From a virus, in IMG/VR virus record IMGVR_UViG_3300026311_000005, positions 1-38,648 of that record: DNA of 38,648 nucleotides. One strand, 5' to 3'. Each line of letters starts with the position of its first letter. Position 1 is the stretch's first letter. The translations under genes were made by a program, and so were the position numbers. Of the stretch, positions 1-9,800 are shown piece after piece. The notes under the pieces are model-generated. The model did no database searches. It had not been told where the DNA came from and saw only the letters and a list, made by a program, of their open reading frames with translations.

Positions 1-127
1 CCCCTCCGAACAGAGGCCGGTCGTCCCGGTAAATGTAGCTGTTGGAGCCGTCGTCGGCGTCATCGATATGAACCGATCCCACCCGATGATAGACCAGGCA
101 GATCGGGACGGTATTCGCGACGAGAGC
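1..127. repeat. Terminal direct repeat, copy 1: bases 1-127 are identical to 38522-38648, so the unique genome unit is 38,521 bp
   Basis: Direct base-by-base comparison of the first and last 127 bases of the window; the repeat lies inside a coding region. Confidence 0.9.
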
Positions 128-847
128 CGGAGCCGTCGGTGACGCGTCCTCTGCGCCCGTCGAGATCGCCAGAGCCCCGGCGTCGGTGAGGTATACCCGA
201 TCTATCCGGGGTTTGGCGGAGGGAGCCGACATGGCCGGCGAATTGCCCCCCGCGAAGCTCACTAGAGCCCCGTTTATGTAAGCCTGGAACTCCGGGACGT
301 AGATGGTCATGTCCGGCGTATCTTGAGCCCTGGGGGCCCCTTTCGCGATGGTATCGTTGATGAGGGAGGCGAGCCTATTGAAGAGGTCGGCATCCAGGCT
401 CCCCGCACCGATCGCGTTCCAGTGGACGGGATCAGGCGGCTCATCATCGGTCGACGTTGCTATGCAGAGATACGTCACTCCTTCATGAGAAACCACATCC
501 AGCGGATCGTATTCTGTCAGCGCTGACCACGCGCCCATCCAATTCAGGGTGGCGGCCGGCCCCTCCGGCCCCTGGATGCCTTGCTCCCCTTGTGGCCCTA
601 CTAGCGAGGAGACCGCGATCAGATTCTCCCATTCTCCGTCGCCGAGACGCCACTGGATATAGCCTCCGTCTACTCGGATGGTGACCTCCTCACCGTCGGC
701 TCCGGCTGGTCCCGCCGGCCCCTCCGGCCCCAGTAGATCAGCGAACTCTATATATTTTGTTTCTCCCGCGTCCATGTCCACAATCGGAATAATGTCACTG
801 TCGGCAGGAGTCTCCAGCGGGTTCAGTTCAGATATTTTTATTCCCAT
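1..847 (-). CDS. Tail fibre protein, N-terminal portion of a gene that wraps the window ends (ATG at 847; continues as 38521 down to 37722; about 548 aa in total)
   Basis: Manual translation of the minus strand from the ATG at 847 gives MGIKISELNPLETPADSDIIPIVD..., with Gly-X-Y collagen-like stretches (GPEGPAGPAGADG, GPQGEQGIQGPEGPA) and a W...Y..D.V...G..Y.....W segment resembling a CBM5/12 carbohydrate-binding module; the frame stays open through position 1 and is in frame with ORF 37722..38603. Confidence 0.6.
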   Translation of the reverse strand, partial: MGIKISELNPLETPADSDIIPIVDMDAGETKYIEFADLLGPEGPAGPAGADGEEVTIRVDGGYIQWRLGDGEWENLIAVSSLVGPQGEQGIQGPEGPAATLNWMGAWSALTEYDPLDVVSHEGVTYLCIATSTDDEPPDPVHWNAIGAGSLDADLFNRLASLINDTIAKGAPRAQDTPDMTIYVPEFQAYINGALVSFAGGNSPAMSAPSAKPRIDRVYLTDAGALAISTGAEDASPTAPALVANTVPICLVYHRVGSVHIDDADDGSNSYIYRDDRPLFGG

Positions 848-856
848 ACGTATGCC

Positions 857-2038
857 TCACGGTCTATATCTGTCGCGCCATTCGATGACATACTCGTCCG
901 TCCCCGCAATGCTCAGTTCCGCCGACTCTCCGGCCGGGACTATCGGGATCTCGGATATGGCGATGTGTCTCCACTGCTCGATTTTCAGGCTCGGTATGGA
1001 GATAGATGTCAGATCGCCGTCGGCGGCAATTCGGATATATGCGTTTTCCATTCCCTCGGCTTGAGGGACATAGATCATCATCTCCCTGCCAGTCGTCCAC
1101 CGCGGGCTCTGCGAATCGATCACGGTCTGCCACGAGGCTTCACCGTCGGTCGAAACGTCGATCGATGCTATGCCCTCCCCTGTCAGAGTGGGCCGGATGG
1201 TCAGCAGCAGACCGCCCTTGCGGATCGGGAAAACTCCGGGGAGATCATATATTGCATATCCGGACGTTGTGATCACAAGTTCCCCGTCGGATACTGATGC
1301 ATTCGATGACGATGACTTGTCGGCCGCGAACTTATCCCCGTCATCGAACATATCCTCATACAGTTGATATAGCTGACCGAATCTGTCCATTGTCAGCTCC
1401 TCATCGGACATGAGCGATGGAGCGACGAGGACGGACGCATCACCGATCGTGATTGTGACATCGGCCCCACCGACGACCGATAGCGAAAACAGGAACGCGT
1501 CCAGCGTCCCGTCATTCTGAATGTACGTAGGCGATGGGAATGGGAATAACATCTCCTCACCATACTCTGCCAGGAGGGCTTGGCCTGCCTCTGACAGCAG
1601 CGGAGCATACCCGAACGTCGGGGCCGCGGCATAGAGCTCCGCAGCCTCGGCCCAGAACTTAGCGGTCTTCCGGACGATCCCCGCCCCCCCGGCCGCTGGC
1701 TCGATCTCGGTATCTCCCACCGAGCCGTGGACGACCGCGAACCGATCAGCCCGGCCGAAATAGAGGCGGTCCGTCTCCTGATCCCCGGCGAGGTCATCGA
1801 TGAGAGCGGTGATCTCGTCCTCATCGCCTATCTGGTCGGCGAGGTCCGGCCGGAATATGAGGCCCGCCACCAGGGTGAGGGGATCGCGGCCCTCCTGCCA
1901 GACGACGGCCCGGTTGCCCCCGATGATGGGTGAGGTCTTCGCCCTGCGGCCCGCGCCTTTGGCCCGCCGGGGCCCCCACTCAACATAGGAGGAGATGTCG
2001 GTATCTCCGATCTGGATTTTTCGCGATATTGAAGTCAT
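857..2038 (-). CDS. Tail-associated protein (393 aa), function unknown
   Basis: ORF track; 4-nt overlap with the upstream tail gene; its stop is followed 9 nt later by the tail fibre ATG, with a GAGG motif spanning the stop. Confidence 0.4.
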   Translation of the reverse strand: MTSISRKIQIGDTDISSYVEWGPRRAKGAGRRAKTSPIIGGNRAVVWQEGRDPLTLVAGLIFRPDLADQIGDEDEITALIDDLAGDQETDRLYFGRADRFAVVHGSVGDTEIEPAAGGAGIVRKTAKFWAEAAELYAAAPTFGYAPLLSEAGQALLAEYGEEMLFPFPSPTYIQNDGTLDAFLFSLSVVGGADVTITIGDASVLVAPSLMSDEELTMDRFGQLYQLYEDMFDDGDKFAADKSSSSNASVSDGELVITTSGYAIYDLPGVFPIRKGGLLLTIRPTLTGEGIASIDVSTDGEASWQTVIDSQSPRWTTGREMMIYVPQAEGMENAYIRIAADGDLTSISIPSLKIEQWRHIAISEIPIVPAGESAELSIAGTDEYVIEWRDRYRP

Positions 2039-4611
2039 GGTTTCGTGATCCCTCTGACTGTGCCAGTTATATCCGAATTTTGCGATATCGCATATCTTCG
2101 AATCATCAACACCGATATCGTTTCGAGATTACCATCCAATCTGCAAAATTGTGATATATCTAAATCGCTAATAATATTCCCATATATTGGCTTCGCTGTA
2201 AGATACGCGCATCGCGCTCCGTTAACGGTGACGATGCAGTCCACCGCCGCATCTGGATTTTCTTGTGAAGTCGTCCCGGACGAAGATAACGAAAACAATA
2301 CCAACCCGGCATCGGTCCCAAAATCATCGGGCGTGAAATTCATCTCAAATTCATATCCTGAAATATATATATGACCACTCGCTGTTCCGATAGTGTTGTG
2401 TCCTGACAACATCAATCCATCTTCCCATGACGTGATGCACGATACCGACGTGGTGATTAATCCGCTGACATCCTCCCAATCTTTCCCCCAATTAGTCGAT
2501 CGGTATAATTCTCCGGCACTAGACGATGCGACCACAAATCCATTGCGGAACGCGTGAAGCTTTTGGATTGTCGTGGATGGGCTGTCATAGACTTCCGTCC
2601 AAGTTGTCCCGTAATCTGTCGATCTAAAAATCTTTCCACCGCGACTAGATCCTGCTAGTATTATACCAGACGTCCACCCTGCCAACGAATATATGAACAA
2701 TTCGGATGAATCGTAGACTTCCGTCCACGTCGCTCCATAATCTGTCGACCTGAAAATCTTTCCACTTGGGTACGTCCCTGCAAATCCGTGCCCCGTGGGG
2801 ATTGCACATGTCCCGAATATATATTGCTCGCTAGTATTATACACTTCGGCCCAAGTTTCTCCGTAATCCGTTGACCGCAAAATACGGCCATTTGCTGATG
2901 TCCCGGCAATTGCGTATCCATTTTCCCATGTAGACATTGCCCATATCTGCGATCCAGATGAATCGTAGACTTCCGTCCACGTCGCTCCATAATCTGTAGA
3001 CCTGAAAATCTTTCCGTTTGGGGAGCTTCCCGCAATTGCGTATCCATTTTCCCATGTAGCTATTGAAGTAATATTATGTTCAGGTGTTACATTTTTAGCT
3101 ACTGCCCAGGTTACCCCTCGATCCGTAGATCGAAAAATCTTCCCGCCCGCGCCTGAGCCACCGTCACCGGTCCCGGCTATTGCAATATCGTCGTTCTGAA
3201 ACACCCCAATTGATGCAATAGTTTTTTCTCCGGTACTATATATGTGTGCGAACATATTTGACTCAGAACTATATGAGGCCTCCCCCACCAACCTGTCACG
3301 ATACGCCTCTATCGCTCCGGTTTCGGATCGTTCCAAAAACGCCGTTAGCAGCGACAGATCTGGCGCTCCGACGACGGCCACCTCCCCTGCGATCGTCTCT
3401 CGAATAGATCGAATCTGAGCCGCGAATTTCTCACCGCCCTCGAGATCCAATTCGATCCAGTCTCCTACATCCATACCGCCTCGATACAGATCGATCTCTA
3501 CCGGCGCGTGTTGATGGATCGCATCGTAAAAGTCATCAGTTGCCTGGTCCAGGTGGCCCCACGGTGGAAGCCTGGCACCGGGGAGCTGGTAGGTAGTCTC
3601 AAGCCACGCCTGACCCGGACACAGCAGCTCGCCACGAGCGTACCGCACGCCCTCTATATTTTCCGCGCCGGCGCCCATCCCGACAACGCAAGAATACGGG
3701 ATATATCGAGGTGGCGAGATCTTCTGTAGACTGAAATCATCGCCGATGTGCAGCGACGCGTGGGGGGCCGACTCCGACCCCCTCGCCTTCGGAGTCGCCG
3801 AAATGTCCAGATAGACGTAATCCTCCTCTCTCCGAAAGACGACGTACTGCCCGGTCTCCCCGACGAGATCCCGGATCAAGCCCCAGATCTCGGTCTCGCC
3901 AACCTCGTACGGCGCTCCGACCTCGGAGTCGGTCGCCACGGTGCCTAGCCGGACGTGATTTTCTGCCCACCCGTCGGCGGCGATCACATCATAGATATCC
4001 CCCGTTCCGGCCCCTCGGACATAGAGGTTATCCCCCGAGATCGCATAGCGATAGGTCCCTCCTGCGATCGAGGATAGGGTGGACTCGGCGAGCTTGTGGC
4101 CGCCGTAATAGATATCGTGACCGGTGACGAGCGGTCCCCATCCCTCCAGAGTTCCCACGCCATCCGAATCCCATGACACGATCCCGGTGTCCTGACCGTC
4201 GCAGATCTTCGACCTGCTGAGCCAGAGGAGGCCCATGCAGTACTGAGTCGCCCCGGCCCCCTGTGGCGGGGCGTCGGAGGAGAAGATGTCGGATAGGGTG
4301 AGCCCGACGCCGCCGGGATAAATGATCTCTGGCGCGTATCGGCACTGGAGAAGGGCTTCGGCGGCGATGCAATCATACCGCCTCTGCCCTCCCACGGCGC
4401 TGTACTCGATAGAGACGACTGAGCCGATGAAGAGCACGTCCCCGGAATCCGAAACGGCCCGGACCCTCGCCCCCATTCGGATATGATCGATCTCCGAAGC
4501 GATGGACAGAGAATCGCCTAGATCGTTCTCCAGGGAGCGGAAGAGTTCCGGGTCGGAACCGTCGATGACGAACTCGGACGACTGTCCAGGATTCTGAAAA
4601 TATAGCATCAT
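2035..4611 (-). CDS. Large tail protein with a predicted Asp-box (BNR) beta-propeller domain, sialidase-like
   Basis: Seven repeats of the Asp-box motif S-x-D-x-G-x-T-W (RSTDYGATWTEV and variants); matching near-identical 60-bp DNA repeats around 2700-3020; N-terminal region paralogous to 4608..6803; start placed at the ATG at 4611 that overlaps the upstream stop (ORF track start 4668). Confidence 0.6.
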   Translation of the reverse strand: MMLYFQNPGQSSEFVIDGSDPELFRSLENDLGDSLSIASEIDHIRMGARVRAVSDSGDVLFIGSVVSIEYSAVGGQRRYDCIAAEALLQCRYAPEIIYPGGVGLTLSDIFSSDAPPQGAGATQYCMGLLWLSRSKICDGQDTGIVSWDSDGVGTLEGWGPLVTGHDIYYGGHKLAESTLSSIAGGTYRYAISGDNLYVRGAGTGDIYDVIAADGWAENHVRLGTVATDSEVGAPYEVGETEIWGLIRDLVGETGQYVVFRREEDYVYLDISATPKARGSESAPHASLHIGDDFSLQKISPPRYIPYSCVVGMGAGAENIEGVRYARGELLCPGQAWLETTYQLPGARLPPWGHLDQATDDFYDAIHQHAPVEIDLYRGGMDVGDWIELDLEGGEKFAAQIRSIRETIAGEVAVVGAPDLSLLTAFLERSETGAIEAYRDRLVGEASYSSESNMFAHIYSTGEKTIASIGVFQNDDIAIAGTGDGGSGAGGKIFRSTDRGVTWAVAKNVTPEHNITSIATWENGYAIAGSSPNGKIFRSTDYGATWTEVYDSSGSQIWAMSTWENGYAIAGTSANGRILRSTDYGETWAEVYNTSEQYIFGTCAIPTGHGFAGTYPSGKIFRSTDYGATWTEVYDSSELFIYSLAGWTSGIILAGSSRGGKIFRSTDYGTTWTEVYDSPSTTIQKLHAFRNGFVVASSSAGELYRSTNWGKDWEDVSGLITTSVSCITSWEDGLMLSGHNTIGTASGHIYISGYEFEMNFTPDDFGTDAGLVLFSLSSSGTTSQENPDAAVDCIVTVNGARCAYLTAKPIYGNIISDLDISQFCRLDGNLETISVLMIRRYAISQNSDITGTVRGITKP

Positions 4612-6803
4612 CGTAACTCCACCTGGAGACGTCTGCATCGTGTCACGCCGTCGCCCCTGCCACTCCAAATCTGGCAGTAGAGGTATATTCCTGCCTGGAG
4701 ATCATCAAGCTCCTGCTGAGTCCATGTTGCGCCGGAATAAGGATTAGTAATCCATTCATCCTCGAAGCGTTGATAGACACCGATAAGAGATCGTTGCGCC
4801 CCCCAATATACCGTACTGTGTGTTTTTATAAACGCTCTCGAATACCCGACATCCATACCACGTTCTAATATAGCATCATGGACAAGAACTACCTTGAAAT
4901 CGAATGATGGCTTAGCTTCGTTGCTGAGGTTCCAAAGGGCCGTGCCGGATGCTTCTGCCCCGCCAATGCGACCAGCGTCCGCCAAGATATAAATATCCCC
5001 TGTCAGCGTTGATGAGATCTTAGATCCGAGCGTTAGTGTCTTTATCGCGCTCTGCCCATATCTCCCGATGCCCCGGACGGTGATCGTGTACCCGAGCGTC
5101 TCCGAAAGGGTCCCCGTGGGGTCGGTGACGGCGATCTCCAGCGTCTCCTCGGTTCCATCGAGCGCGCACCACTCAGTGATGTCCAGCCCCTCGAAGATCG
5201 GATCTTTTCCCCAAGGCTGATGGGGGATGATCGCGATGACCTGGCCTGCTGGATAGGTGGTGTTGGTGATGGTGAGGGTCCACGTGACAGCGAGGTCAGA
5301 CTCGTCCGAGTCTCCGGGTGTCGTAGCCCTGAGATCGACCAGGATCTCGGCAGTGTCCCGGTCACTGGATGCCGTCGGAGTCCAGGATATAGAGCCCGTA
5401 GTCCCCGGACCGATGTTGTCGGTGGCCTCCTGATTCCCGAACGCCTGCCCCGCCCGCATGGCGGCGATTGCAGCCGACGCCTGTTTTTCGAGATACGCAT
5501 TTCTGGGGCTGGCATACTTTCCCCCGAGCCGGATCTGTCGGAGGGGCGACAGATCGCGGGATATCTCCGATATCTGAGCGGTGGCGATCTCCGAAGGCGA
5601 GATCTCTACATCGAGCCAGTCACCGGGCAGGAAGTAGTCGATCGCTGTTTCCAGGGAGATAAAATCCGCCTCGGAGACATCGCCCCATTCTGCATCAGCG
5701 ATATCCTCCAGTCTGCCTTTCGGGGACAGTCTCCCCTCCGAGACGTCTAACGTCTGCTCTATCCAGGGCCCTCTTTTCGAGAGATCCGCCTCTGTGTAAA
5801 TCACCCTAGACACCCCTGCCCCAGCCCCACGACAGATCAAGGCAGTCGGAGGGATATCTCTTGGCGCAGTTCGCTTGAGGCTGATATAATCGCCCGGCCC
5901 GATGGAGAACGCGCCGCCCGACGACGAGCCCCGGACCCACGGATTTATCGACCCGTCTAGGTACGTCAAATCTCCGACGTGCCGAAGTCGAAGATAGATC
6001 CCCATATCGAAAAGAAAATCGTGAATAATCTGCCAATAATTGTCATCGTCGCCGGAGACGTCCAGAGCCGCGAGGAGGTAGTCGCCTGATCTGTCCAGGT
6101 TGCCGAGCCGGAGCCCGGTATCCTTGAAGTTGTCGATGCAAACCGGCCCGAAATCACCGACACCTGCGCCATAGACATAAAGATCGTTATCTCGATAAAT
6201 CCTGTACGTTCCGCCGCTGATATCTCCGAGGGAGTCTACCTCAGTGCAGAGATGGCCGCCTACGTAGACGTCTTTCCCCGCCGTCCGAGGATGTGACCCC
6301 CAGTTGGCCCACTTCCAGACTCCAGCCGTTCGAGAGTCCGCTGTTAGCGGGAAGTAACTATGAGCCATCCAGATTAGGCCTGGCACGTACTGATCCGTTC
6401 CGGCTGATTGGCTGGGAGGATCGGACGACAGGACTTGGGCCAGCGTAAGCGCGGAATAGCCCGAGACGATGGCCGGCGCTCCCCATCGCATCAGGCCCCA
6501 CGGCACCCGGCTCTTCAAAATTTGAGGGATGGATATGCACTTGATTTTCAGGCATCCCTCAGTCTTCCCCGTGGCGGCGTTGTAGAATGTTGCCCCTTCG
6601 CGAGAGGCCGCTGCACCACGATAAATCGTGTGGCCGTTCTCGACCATCTTGAGCCACGACCGATCCCGAACGGGTGCCCGGTACGATACCTTGAACTCCA
6701 GATCCTCCCCCTTGTCGAAGTCTCGGTATTGAGTATGGCGGAGATCCATGATATCGATCTGATGATAGGTCCCAGTAGCGTCGGCGACGTAGACCTCTTG
6801 CAT
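4608..6803 (-). CDS. Large tail protein (731 aa), paralogous in its N-terminal half to 2035..4611
   Basis: ORF track; shared block GGTYR.Y.D..LYV.GAG.GD with the neighbouring gene; immediately downstream of the tape measure gene. Confidence 0.5.
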   Translation of the reverse strand: MQEVYVADATGTYHQIDIMDLRHTQYRDFDKGEDLEFKVSYRAPVRDRSWLKMVENGHTIYRGAAASREGATFYNAATGKTEGCLKIKCISIPQILKSRVPWGLMRWGAPAIVSGYSALTLAQVLSSDPPSQSAGTDQYVPGLIWMAHSYFPLTADSRTAGVWKWANWGSHPRTAGKDVYVGGHLCTEVDSLGDISGGTYRIYRDNDLYVYGAGVGDFGPVCIDNFKDTGLRLGNLDRSGDYLLAALDVSGDDDNYWQIIHDFLFDMGIYLRLRHVGDLTYLDGSINPWVRGSSSGGAFSIGPGDYISLKRTAPRDIPPTALICRGAGAGVSRVIYTEADLSKRGPWIEQTLDVSEGRLSPKGRLEDIADAEWGDVSEADFISLETAIDYFLPGDWLDVEISPSEIATAQISEISRDLSPLRQIRLGGKYASPRNAYLEKQASAAIAAMRAGQAFGNQEATDNIGPGTTGSISWTPTASSDRDTAEILVDLRATTPGDSDESDLAVTWTLTITNTTYPAGQVIAIIPHQPWGKDPIFEGLDITEWCALDGTEETLEIAVTDPTGTLSETLGYTITVRGIGRYGQSAIKTLTLGSKISSTLTGDIYILADAGRIGGAEASGTALWNLSNEAKPSFDFKVVLVHDAILERGMDVGYSRAFIKTHSTVYWGAQRSLIGVYQRFEDEWITNPYSGATWTQQELDDLQAGIYLYCQIWSGRGDGVTRCRRLQVELR

Positions 6804-9800
6804 CTAATGCCCTCCCCTGAGCCTGCCGACGTAAGCATCGCTAATCTCGATCTTCAGCTCTTCGGCCACTTCGCGGGCGATCTCCCTGGCGTCCCCGCCA
6901 CCGTAGACGGTTATCGGGGCGTTCACTGTGACGCCCCCACCCCCTCCCGCCGTAGCCACCGCCTGCTGAATCATGGGAAGAAGATCCCCGAGAGGGGCGA
7001 CCACTTCGGGCGTCCGGGCGTCCCCGACGACCGCCCGGACGGGAGACGAGATGATCCCGCCGGGGGCGAACGAGAGCCAACCACCCGGAGCAAGCGTGCC
7101 GTCGGCATAGTTTCCGCCGCTGGGTCCCCACGTATCCAGGACTCCGGGGTTCATGACCTCCAGCCAAATGGGCTTCGTGGTGGGGGCCATGATCTCTGCC
7201 TCCAGACGATCCAACTCGGTCATCGCGGGGGATATGTCGGCGAGGACGGGGGAGATTTTCTCCGTCTTGATGTCGCCCTCCAACTTTTCCAGCTCGGTAT
7301 TCGCCGCAGCCGGATCGAGTTCCAGGTCGACTTCGACTGCGTACTGGAAGTAATTTTGCGCTTCGTATCCTTCTTTGGCCCCCTGACCGGGCCCCGCCCA
7401 TCCTTCCGTCGGGCCGATGTAAGACCTGGCGAACATGTCCTCCTGGGCTTCCTGCCACGCGCCGAATCCAGACCACCAACCGGGCATAATACTGGTCGTC
7501 GTTTCGGCGGAAGCTTTTTCCAGTCCGGCCTTCCCCGCCTTCGTGAAGTATTTGGCTATGGCGTCGATGGCTTCAGGATCGATCTCTTCCGGGATCACCG
7601 ATAGCAAGAAATCTTTGGCCAGTGATACCGTACTTTTCTCGTAATCCCAGGGGTTCGTGATGATTCGATAGGCTGCTTCTGCATCGGAGCCGAGTTCGCC
7701 GACGATCTGGCTCAGAGAATACAGATCGTCGGCGAACTCGCGGAGTCCCTTCTTTGTTTTTGATCCGTCGTATTCCTCCCAGAAGAGGGCCTCTCGGAGC
7801 GCGGAAGCTTCTGGTGATACTTTTGCCGTAACTTCTGCGATGTAAGGCTCGCCGGCGTCGATATGCTTTTGAAGCTCCGCGTTTATTCCAGTTGTATCTA
7901 TATTATTCGCTATATTGTAAGACCGCTGCTCCAGCATCCCTACAAGACGGCCCCACCAACTGAGGGCGGCCTGGCCCCCAGCCTCCTCGAACGCCTCGGG
8001 ATCGGCTAGCTTGAGATCTGCTAATTGAGTTTCGATATCAGAAGCTTCTGACGCCGTGATCAGCCCGTCCTCGAATGCCGCCCAACCGTCTTCTGCGACG
8101 TCTCCGAGTAGATCGGCCATCTTGTCGCCGAGCCCGCCGACGGCGAACGGCTTTTCGAGGGCCTCGCTAAACGCAGTTTCAAATTCCGCCTGGAGCCGTT
8201 CGGCTTCGGCTTCGAGGTCAAGCTTCAGTTCGGCTTGCGCCCGCATCTCGGCGGCCTCGCCGTGCTTCCCAAGAGCGTCTAACAGAGCAGCTTCGCGCTC
8301 GACGGGATCAATGAGGGCCCAAAGTCCGGGGAGCTGTGTCCGGATAGCGTTCATGGCAGCCTGAGGTGAATCATATGCCAGCCCAGTGAGCGATTTCCCG
8401 TTGATGTGGACCGCCCATTCCAATTGGGCATCGGGAGTATGTATTATTTCAATCGTATCCGACCCGGCGGATACCGTCCCCGTCCTGGAGAATCGCGGGA
8501 CCGTCTTCTCGTGGTAGTCGGCCCACCGCTTCATTTTGTCGTTCCAGGCATTCATGTAGCCGGAGGCAGCGGCGGAGCCAGCCCCCTCGCTGTCGACGTC
8601 TTTTAATTCCTTCTCGATACTGACACCGAGATCTGAAATGATATCGTTGAACGCAGCCAGATACTCATCGGCTGACATGTTGCCAGCGTTGGCGTTCAAG
8701 TCGGCCATCTGGCGGGTAAACTCAGTACCAAACTCTTTTGATCCGGATAAAACGCCATCGAGAGCAGTTATATATTCGTCTGCTGATATTTCTCCAGACT
8801 CAAACATCTCGGTGATCGGGCCGATGACGTATTCAGTAGATTCTCCTAATTGAGCATGGACATCTGAAATTGAGTTGATAGCATCCTGGTATTGAGTCGC
8901 CGATATCTCGCCTTGAGAGAACGCATCTTGGATCGGGCCTGCGATCGAATCAAAATCAGATCCAAGAGAAGTGACGGCGTTGGCAACGTCGTCCATTATG
9001 TTTTTGTACTCTTCCGCCGAAACCGTACCGTCCTCGAATGCTTGGGTGAGAGGTTCAAGAGCCTCGTCAGCCCCGTCACCAAGCTCCTCCGAAACGGTGG
9101 TCATGTCCTCCAGGATGGAGATGTAATCTTCAGCGGAGACCGTGCCGTTCTCAAATCCTTCGGTCAGGGGGCCGATCATGTCGGCGGCGGCGTCTCCGAC
9201 CTGCGAATAAATCTCAGATACGCTTGATAAGGATTTTTTGTACTGATCAGTTGTCAGTTTCCCCGTCGTCGCGAACTCTTGGAGCGAATCCATAAGTCCG
9301 GTAGTCGGACCTTTCATGCCAGCGCTCGATACCTCTTTCAATCCGCTGAGGTATTCTTGAGCGGTGAGCTTCCCAGCATCTCTGGCGGCCTGGACGTCGG
9401 CCATATCCTTCACCCACTCGTCGCCGATCTTAATCTGACCGCCCGCCGATTTTAGACCGTCGCTCAGCGCCCCAGTGACATCTCCAACGAACGAACCGAC
9501 AAGACCTCTGGTTTCAGTTCCGCCAGAGAGGACTTCACCTACCTTATTATCGAGCTTTTCTAGTCCTTCGTATAGTTCATATGCCCCTCCGGTAAGCCAT
9601 TGCCATCCCTGTGTTCCGAGACCGATGAGGGCTTGCGTGATGTCGTTCACGCCTTTCATCATCTGAGTGAGATATGGCAACAAAACGGCACCGATTGAGG
9701 TTGCAGCGACAGATATCTTTCCCTTGAAAATGTCTATCTGAGCATTTAGAGTTTCCTGAGACTTGGCGTAAGCTTCGTTCAGGCTGGAAGCGTTCTCCCA

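Noticed and set aside
857-859. Stop-codon readthrough fusing the 393-aa tail gene to the tail fibre
   Set aside because: The genes are in the same frame separated by TGA, but an ATG with a GAGG motif lies 9 nt downstream, so independent initiation is the simpler explanation
6408-7604. 398-aa plus-strand ORF
   Set aside because: Lies antisense inside the tape measure gene; Arg/Gly/Pro-rich low-complexity translation typical of the wrong frame in GC-rich DNA
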